In this document: piece by piece, positions 54,371 through 59,733 of the stretch
How the letters are laid out: every line of letters starts with the position of its first letter
Position numbering within the stretch: the stretch's first letter is position 1
NCBI GenBank assembly: GCA_964542575.1
Contig: CAZIUO010000003.1
Span: 1-59,733 of the forward strand
Reading direction: 5' to 3'
Length of the DNA stretch: 59,733 bases
DNA from: an uncultured Muribaculaceae bacterium
GTDB taxonomy: Bacteria > Bacteroidota > Bacteroidia > Bacteroidales > UBA932
Made by a program: the position numbers and the translations under genes
The notes under the pieces: generated by a model
Told to the model about the DNA's origin: nothing
Seen by the model: the letters and a program-made list of their open reading frames with translations, nothing else
Database searches by the model: none

Positions 54371-54766
54371 TTAATATACAAAGCAGAGTACCTCGCCGCC
54401 TACGTTCATCTCTTTGGCCTCTTTGTCGGTGATGATACCCTTGGAGGTGGAGATGATGGCGATACCCATTCCGTTCAGAACCCTGGGCAGGTCATCGGCA
54501 CCGGTGTAGCGGCGCAGACCGGGACGGCTCACGCGCACGATCTTCTTGATGGCAGCCTTCTTGGTTGTGGGGTGATACTTGAGGGCAATCTTGATGGTGT
54601 TCGAAGGGGTGCCTTCGATTACTTTGTACGCGAGAATGTAGCCCTTCTCGTGCAATACGCGGACGATCTCGCATTTGAGCTTGGAAGCGGGGGCCTCAAC
54701 GGTCTTGTGGCCCGCAGCGTAAGCGTTGCGAATTCTCGTCAGCAAATCTGCAATAGGATCAGTCAT
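54371..54766 (-). CDS. rpsH: 30S ribosomal protein S8
   Basis: 131 aa, starting MTDPIADLLTRIRNA. Confidence 0.95.
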   Translation of the reverse strand: MTDPIADLLTRIRNAYAAGHKTVEAPASKLKCEIVRVLHEKGYILAYKVIEGTPSNTIKIALKYHPTTKKAAIKKIVRVSRPGLRRYTGADDLPRVLNGMGIAIISTSKGIITDKEAKEMNVGGEVLCFVY

Positions 54767-54856
54767 TTTGTTTTGTTTTTTTACGATAGCGACGCCTTAT
54801 ATATTATATGTGTCCGGCGCCCGATATCCTTATTGTTAGTTAATATTAATGTTCTG

Positions 54857-55126
54857 TTACCAGCTGGCCTTCTTCACGCCGGGGATGAGGCCGTTGGAAG
54901 CCATCTCGCGGAACTGAATACGGCTGATGCCAAACTGGCGCATATAACCCTTGGGACGGCCAGTCAAAGAGCAACGGTTGTGCATACGGCAAGGGCAGGA
55001 GTTCTTGGGCAGTTTGTCAAGAGCGGCCCAGTCGCCTGCAGCCTTCAAGGCAGCACGTTTCTCTGCATATTTGGCAACTAATTTCGCGCGCTTTACCTCG
55101 CGGGCTTTCATTGATTCTTTTGCCAT
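54857..55126 (-). CDS. rpsN: 30S ribosomal protein S14 (long form)
   Basis: 89 aa, ending IPGVKKASW. Confidence 0.93.
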   Translation of the reverse strand: MAKESMKAREVKRAKLVAKYAEKRAALKAAGDWAALDKLPKNSCPCRMHNRCSLTGRPKGYMRQFGISRIQFREMASNGLIPGVKKASW

Positions 55127-55132
55127 ACTATG

Positions 55133-55732
55133 TTATTTCTTGATGTTTTTAAAAGGTAAACCGAATTCGCGAAGCAGTGCATAAGCCTCTTCGTCGCTCT
55201 TTGCGCTGGTACCGAAGGTGATCTCCATACCCATAACCTTCACGATCTTGTCGATGTCGATCTCGGGGAAGATGATCTGCTCCTTGATGCCGAGAGTGTA
55301 GTTGCCACGGCCGTCAAAGTTCTCTGCGATACCCTTGAAGTCGCGGATACGGGGCAGGGAGATGGCGATGAGCCTCTCGAGGAACTCGTACATCTTGACA
55401 CCGCGCAGGGTGACCTTGGCGCCGATGGGCATGCCGCGGCGCAGCTTGAAGTTGGAGATATCCTTGCGGGAAACTGTCTGAACCGCCTTCTGACCGGTGA
55501 TTGCAGTGAGTTCTGCCTGAGCCACGTCAACGAGCTTCTTGTCCTGGGTAGCCTGGCCGACACCCTCGTTGAGAGTGATCTTGACAAGCTTGGGGACCTG
55601 CATCACTGAAGAGTAGGAGAACTGCTTCATCAGTTTGTCGACGATCTCATTTTTGTATTTAGCCTGCAGGGTGGGAACATAACCCTTGGCTACGGGAGCC
55701 TGAGCTGCCGGTGCTTGTTTCTTAGTTGCCAT
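55133..55732 (-). CDS. rplE: 50S ribosomal protein L5
   Basis: 199 aa. It has an Ala/Pro/Gln-rich N-terminal extension of about 15 aa relative to typical L5. Its ATG overlaps the rplX stop by 1 nt (TAATG). Confidence 0.93.
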   Translation of the reverse strand: MATKKQAPAAQAPVAKGYVPTLQAKYKNEIVDKLMKQFSYSSVMQVPKLVKITLNEGVGQATQDKKLVDVAQAELTAITGQKAVQTVSRKDISNFKLRRGMPIGAKVTLRGVKMYEFLERLIAISLPRIRDFKGIAENFDGRGNYTLGIKEQIIFPEIDIDKIVKVMGMEITFGTSAKSDEEAYALLREFGLPFKNIKK

Positions 55733-56052
55733 TATTTGATTTCCTCCCCTGATTTTTTAGCATAGCGTACGAGTTTGCCGTCCTTGTCCAGACGACGGCC
55801 GATTCTGGTGGGGCCGCCCTTGACGGGATCCACTACCTGAAGGTTGGAGATGTGTATGCCTGCCTCCTGTTTGATAATGCCGCCCTGCGGATGCTGAGCG
55901 TTGGGTTTGGTGTGTTTGCTCACCATATTGATGCCCTCTACGATAGCGCGGTCCTTATCTTTGAGAACCTCGAGGACCTGACCGGTTTTGCCCTTGTCGT
56001 TGCCGGCATTCACATAAACCGTATCACCTTTTTTGATATGTAACTTTTTCAT
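55732..56052 (-). CDS. rplX: 50S ribosomal protein L24
   Basis: 106 aa with a KOW motif ([16 protein letters not shown]). Confidence 0.95.
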   Translation of the reverse strand: MKKLHIKKGDTVYVNAGNDKGKTGQVLEVLKDKDRAIVEGINMVSKHTKPNAQHPQGGIIKQEAGIHISNLQVVDPVKGGPTRIGRRLDKDGKLVRYAKKSGEEIK

Positions 56053-56062
56053 ACTTCAATAA

Positions 56063-56428
56063 TTAAATTACCTCAGGGGCAAGTGAAACGATTTTCATAT
56101 AATTCTCGCGGAGCTCACGTGCGACGGGGCCGAAGATACGGGTACCTACAACCTCACCTGCCTTGTTGAGCAGCACACAAGCATTGTCGTCGAAACGGAT
56201 GTAAGAACCATCGGGACGGCGGATTTCCTTTTTCGTGCGGACTACGACTGCGTTGGAGACTGCACCCTTCTTGGTGTTGCCACCGGGGATGGCGCTCTTT
56301 ACAGCCACAACGATTCTGTCGCCTACACTTGCGTAGCGATGACGGGTACCCCCGAGAACGCGGATGCAAAGAACCTCTTTGGCACCGCTGTTGTCAGCTA
56401 CTGATAAACGTGTTTCCTGCTGTATCAT
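56063..56428 (-). CDS. rplN: 50S ribosomal protein L14
   Basis: 121 aa, starting [17 protein letters not shown]. Confidence 0.95.
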   Translation of the reverse strand: MIQQETRLSVADNSGAKEVLCIRVLGGTRHRYASVGDRIVVAVKSAIPGGNTKKGAVSNAVVVRTKKEIRRPDGSYIRFDDNACVLLNKAGEVVGTRIFGPVARELRENYMKIVSLAPEVI

Positions 56429-56429
56429 A

Positions 56430-56684
56430 TTACTTAACTTTTTCTACGATTTCTACTAATCTCCAACGTTTGGTCTTGCTCAGGGGGCGGGTCTCCATGA
56501 TGCGGACCTTGTCACCCTCGCTGCACTCGTTCTTGTCGTCCTGAGCCACAAACTTGGTGGTCTTGTTCACGAACTTGCCGTAAATGGGATGTTTCTCTTT
56601 TGTCTTGACTGCAACAACAATAGACTTGTCCATTTTGTTGCTTACGACAATCCCGACTCTTTCTTTACGAAGATTTCTTTCCAT
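56430..56684 (-). CDS. rpsQ: 30S ribosomal protein S17
   Basis: 84 aa with an OB fold, in the position between rpmC and rplN. Confidence 0.93.
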   Translation of the reverse strand: MERNLRKERVGIVVSNKMDKSIVVAVKTKEKHPIYGKFVNKTTKFVAQDDKNECSEGDKVRIMETRPLSKTKRWRLVEIVEKVK

Positions 56685-56699
56685 AAGTCAAATCTATTA

Positions 56700-56900
56700 T
56701 TATTTGTTTTCAGCCTTTTTCCTCTCTTCGAGAATAGTGATCATACGGGCGATGTCGCGGCGTGACTTGGCAATCACAGAGGTGTTGTCCAAAGGGGAGA
56801 TGACGTGGTTCATCTTGGTGACAGAGAGATTGTTCTTTTCTGTCTCGATCCTTTCTTCGAGGTCCTTGAGAGACATCTCGCGGATTTCTTTAGCTTTCAT
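56700..56900 (-). CDS. rpmC: 50S ribosomal protein L29
   Basis: 66 aa, starting MKAKEIREMSLKDLEERI. Confidence 0.92.
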   Translation of the reverse strand: MKAKEIREMSLKDLEERIETEKNNLSVTKMNHVISPLDNTSVIAKSRRDIARMITILEERKKAENK

Positions 56901-56911
56901 TTCTATTCTCT

Positions 56912-57340
56912 TTAATTCATTGATTCAACATAGTCCCTTCTCACGATGAACTTGCAGGAGATGGGGAGCTTCTGAGCGCCGAGCTCGAGAGCCTCTTTTG
57001 CAACGCTTGCGGGCACGCCCTCAGCCTCGAAAATTATGCGGCCGGGAGTGATGGGGGCAACGAATCCTTCGGGGTTACCTTTACCTTTACCCATACGGAC
57101 CTCGGCAGGCTTTCTGGTGTAAGGCTTATCGGGGAAAACCCTGATCCAAAGATTACCCTCACGTTTCATACGACGGGCGATAGCCTGACGTGCAGCCTCG
57201 ATCTGTTGGCCGGTGAGCCAGCAGCTTTCCATTGTCTTGAGACCGAACGAACCGAAAGCAAGCTGGTTGCCCCTGCCTGCGTTCCCTTTCATACGGCCTT
57301 TCTGCTGCCTTCTAAATTTGGTTTTCTTAGGTTGTAACAT
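56912..57340 (-). CDS. rplP: 50S ribosomal protein L16
   Basis: 142 aa, starting [19 protein letters not shown]. It is the first ribosomal gene of the cluster in this window. Confidence 0.95.
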   Translation of the reverse strand: MLQPKKTKFRRQQKGRMKGNAGRGNQLAFGSFGLKTMESCWLTGQQIEAARQAIARRMKREGNLWIRVFPDKPYTRKPAEVRMGKGKGNPEGFVAPITPGRIIFEAEGVPASVAKEALELGAQKLPISCKFIVRRDYVESMN

Positions 57341-57416
57341 TGTCTTGTTATTTAAATAATTTCTAAGTTTCTGTTAATCAGCCCCTTACTAGCGACAGTG
57401 TCGGAAATAGGGAGTG

Positions 57417-57447
57417 CAAAGGTAGTGATTTTCCCGGAAATGCCAAA
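57417..57447 (-). promoter_or_regulatory. Consensus Bacteroidota promoter upstream of rplP
   Basis: The minus strand reads TTTG (57447-57444), a 19-nt spacer, then TAccTTTG (57424-57417). This matches the -33 TTTG / -7 TAnnTTTG architecture. The implied leader to the rplP ATG is about 70 nt. Confidence 0.5.
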
Positions 57448-57563
57448 CTTTTTTGACATTTTCGAGAGATTTTCGACCGATTTTTTTGATATTGATTTTG
57501 TTGCTTTTCAGCGCATTACAAATCTGCACCGCAGCGCGCGGGCGACAGTTTGCGACGGAATAC

Positions 57564-58292
57564 TCACCGGGCCTTGCGGCTGCGGCGGGCAAGGCGGCCG
57601 CGCTCCTTGTTCTGCTCAAGAGACTTGTAGTAGGGTTCGCGGAACTTCTCCGGAATGTAGATTTCGGGCCGCTCCTTGCCGAAGAGGAACTCGTACAGCT
57701 CGTCAAACTCGCCGTAGTTCCAGGCATTCACCAGCTGCTCCAGGTCGGCGTCCTCCCCCTCGGGCTCGTAGCGCTGCTTTATGTCCCCCTTGAAGAGCTT
57801 TGCCACCCCCTGCCAGAAGCCGGCGTTCACGCGGCCCAGATATTTCTTGATGATGTCGTAGGGGGGCATCCCCACCTCGCGGTCCACAAGGCGGATCATC
57901 ATAAGTCCCTGACTCAGAGTCAGTCCCTTGAACAGGGGCTCGAACTCCTTGAGCAGCTCATCCTTCATGCTGTTGAGGTATTTGTCCTGCTGGCGGCTGT
58001 TGTAGCCGCGGGCGGCAAACAGGCTGTCGGTCTCGCGGATTGTCTGGGCTATGAAAAGGGCATACGGATATGCCTTGCTGAAGTTGTGCACCCTGCGGGC
58101 GCGCTTGCGCCACTCCCGCTTGGAAAGATATTTCTTGGGGTGAATGCGGGCCGGGCGGATTTCGTCCACGAAGACGGTGTCGCCCCGGGCGTCAATCTCA
58201 AACTGGAGCACGTCCTGGGCCTTGAGAGAGAAGCCGGCGGCGCAGAAAAGCATCGCCGCCAGAGCCGTGAATATCTTTTTGCAAAAACGCAT
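57564..58292 (-). CDS. DUF4294-family protein, secreted
   Basis: 242 aa from MRFCKKIFTALAAMLFCAAGFSLKAQ. The core LSQGLMMIRLVDRE..GFWQGVAKLFKGDIKQRYEPEGEDADLE matches my recollection of DUF4294. Its start lies 2 nt after the radA stop. Confidence 0.75.
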   Translation of the reverse strand: MRFCKKIFTALAAMLFCAAGFSLKAQDVLQFEIDARGDTVFVDEIRPARIHPKKYLSKREWRKRARRVHNFSKAYPYALFIAQTIRETDSLFAARGYNSRQQDKYLNSMKDELLKEFEPLFKGLTLSQGLMMIRLVDREVGMPPYDIIKKYLGRVNAGFWQGVAKLFKGDIKQRYEPEGEDADLEQLVNAWNYGEFDELYEFLFGKERPEIYIPEKFREPYYKSLEQNKERGRLARRSRKAR

Positions 58293-58294
58293 AT

Positions 58295-59668
58295 CTACTT
58301 GAACACAAGCCTGCAAAGGGCAGGGATGTCGGCAACCGGTACAACTTCGATGCCACTCTCAAAGCAGTCGCCCTCCTTGTTGAAGGAGGAGATGTAGATC
58401 TTCTTGAAGCCGATTTTCTTGGCCTCGGCTATGCGCCGCTGCACCTGGCTCACGGGGCGGATTTCTCCGCTGAGGCCGATTTCCGCGCAGAAGCAGCTGC
58501 TCTGCGGCACGGGGATGTCAAAATTGCTGGAGAGGATGGCCACCGCCACCGCCATATCGCAGGCGGGGTCGCTGACCTTGAGGCCGCCGGCCACGTTCAG
58601 GAACACGTCCTTGGCCGCCAGCTTGAATCCGGCCCGCTTTTCCAGCACCGCCAGCAGCATATTCATACGGCGGGCGTCAAAGCCGTTGGCGTTGCGCTGC
58701 GGCATTCCGTAGGCTGCCGTGCTCACCAGCGACTGTATTTCTATCATAAAGGGGCGGCTGCCGTCCATCACCGAGGCGATGGCGACTCCGCTGAGGTTCT
58801 CGCTGTGCATCGGGATGAGGATTTCAGAGGGGTTGAGCACCTCCCGCAGCCCGGTGCCGGTCATTTCGAACACCGCCAGGGAGTCGGTGCTGCCAAAGCG
58901 GTTCTTGATGCCGCGCAGCAGGCGGTAGGCGCCGCGGGTGTCCCCCTCGAACTGCAGCACCACATCCACGATGTGCTCCAGCACCTTGGGGCCGGCGATG
59001 GTGCCGTCTTTGGTGATATGGCCTATGAGGATCACCGACGTGCCGCTCTCCTTGGCAAAGCGCAGCAGCCGGGCGGCGCATTCGCGCACCTGCGACACGC
59101 TGCCGGCCGAGGACTCGAGCGCCTCGCAGTAGATTGTCTGGATGGAGTCCACCACCAGAAGGTCGGGCTGCGCCGCGGCGGCCTGCTCCAGGATGTTCTC
59201 CAGCACCGTTTCGGAGAGAATCGTGCAGCTGGAGGCGTCGCCGCCCAGCCGCAGGGCGCGCATTTTTATCTGCCGCGGGCTCTCCTCGCCCGAGACGTAG
59301 AGGGTCTTGAGGCCGCGCCCCACAAGGGGAATCTGCAGCGCAAGAGTCGATTTGCCGATGCCGGGCTCGCCCCCCAGCAGAATCATTGAACCCTGCACCA
59401 TTCCGCCGCCCAGCAGGCGGTCGACCTCCTCCAGGCCTATGGAGAAGCGGTTCTCGTCGGTGAGGGAGATTTCGTCGAGGGTGAGGGGGCGGGCATCGGC
59501 CTCAGTGGCCAGAAATGCCCTGCCGCGGGGTGCCGCAGCCTGTTTCTTCTCTCTTTTGGGCTCCTCCACCATCGTGTTCCACTCGCCGCACGCGGGGCAG
59601 CGGCCCATCCATTTGGCACTCTCGTTGCCGCAGGAGGTGCAATACCACACCGTCTTCTCTTTAGCCAT
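58295..59668 (-). CDS. radA: DNA repair protein RadA/Sms
   Basis: 457 aa. Has an N-terminal zinc finger (CTSCGNESAKWMGRCPACGEWNT), Walker A GGEPGIGKST, KNRFG and a Lon-like C-domain. Confidence 0.93.
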   Translation of the reverse strand: MAKEKTVWYCTSCGNESAKWMGRCPACGEWNTMVEEPKREKKQAAAPRGRAFLATEADARPLTLDEISLTDENRFSIGLEEVDRLLGGGMVQGSMILLGGEPGIGKSTLALQIPLVGRGLKTLYVSGEESPRQIKMRALRLGGDASSCTILSETVLENILEQAAAAQPDLLVVDSIQTIYCEALESSAGSVSQVRECAARLLRFAKESGTSVILIGHITKDGTIAGPKVLEHIVDVVLQFEGDTRGAYRLLRGIKNRFGSTDSLAVFEMTGTGLREVLNPSEILIPMHSENLSGVAIASVMDGSRPFMIEIQSLVSTAAYGMPQRNANGFDARRMNMLLAVLEKRAGFKLAAKDVFLNVAGGLKVSDPACDMAVAVAILSSNFDIPVPQSSCFCAEIGLSGEIRPVSQVQRRIAEAKKIGFKKIYISSFNKEGDCFESGIEVVPVADIPALCRLVFK

Positions 59669-59672
59669 ATCT

Positions 59673-59700
59673 CTAAACTTTAAACACTAAACTCTAAACT
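59673..59700. repeat. Four tandem heptamers (CTAAACT-like) just upstream of radA
   Basis: The plus strand reads CTAAACT TTAAACA CTAAACT CTAAACT. On the radA coding strand this is AGTTTAG repeats ending 4 nt before the ATG. Confidence 0.6.
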
Positions 59701-59733
59701 TTCTACGCCCCAGCAACCCTGCCGCACATTTTC

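Noticed and set aside
57341-58292. A mobile element or integrase at the ribosomal-cluster breakpoint.
   Set aside because: There is no transposase, integrase, tRNA or terminal inverted or direct repeat at the junction. DUF4294 and radA look like ordinary chromosomal genes.

Overview
High-GC (roughly 60%) Bacteroidota chromosome segment. The assignment rests on SusC/SusD genes, type III glutamine synthetase, an S46 peptidase, DUF4294 and TAnnTTTG-type -7 boxes; it looks Bacteroidales or Rikenellaceae-like, which is inference only. Coding density is very high.

Layout:
(1) 36-15389: a nitrogen-assimilation supercluster. glnN-dapL-dapF-gltD-gltB lie on the minus strand, divergent from overlapping pyrG, purF-like and asnB on the plus strand.
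(2) 15394-18481: a GH78-like hydrolase and a patatin-like lipase.
(3) 18550-28219: a six-gene SusC/SusD operon headed by an M6 metalloprotease, with no CAZyme and no regulator.
(4) 28220-41021: the most system-like part of the window. A minus-strand operon (TonB-dependent receptor, lipoprotein, outer-membrane beta-barrel, 939-aa M16 protease) is divergent, across a 43-bp gap holding a 24-bp near-perfect palindrome, from a NapH/CcoG-type membrane polyferredoxin gene followed 1 nt later by an S46 dipeptidyl-peptidase gene. I read this as a candidate protease-associated TonB-dependent import locus with a redox module. That reading is a hypothesis.
(5) 41001-46621: uvrA, an MBL-fold hydrolase, a deoxynucleoside kinase and an orphan beta-barrel.
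(6) 46735-57340: the spc/alpha ribosomal-protein cluster from rplP to rplQ, with an intrinsic terminator after rplQ. It is cut off upstream of rplP: where rpsC and the rest of the S10 block are expected, there is a 223-bp spacer with a good consensus promoter, then DUF4294 and radA.

I found no rRNA, tRNA, CRISPR array, transposase, integrase or transcription-factor gene. The many long antisense ORFs in the track are GC3 mirror-frame artefacts. All family assignments come from motif and sequence recognition by eye; no searches were run.
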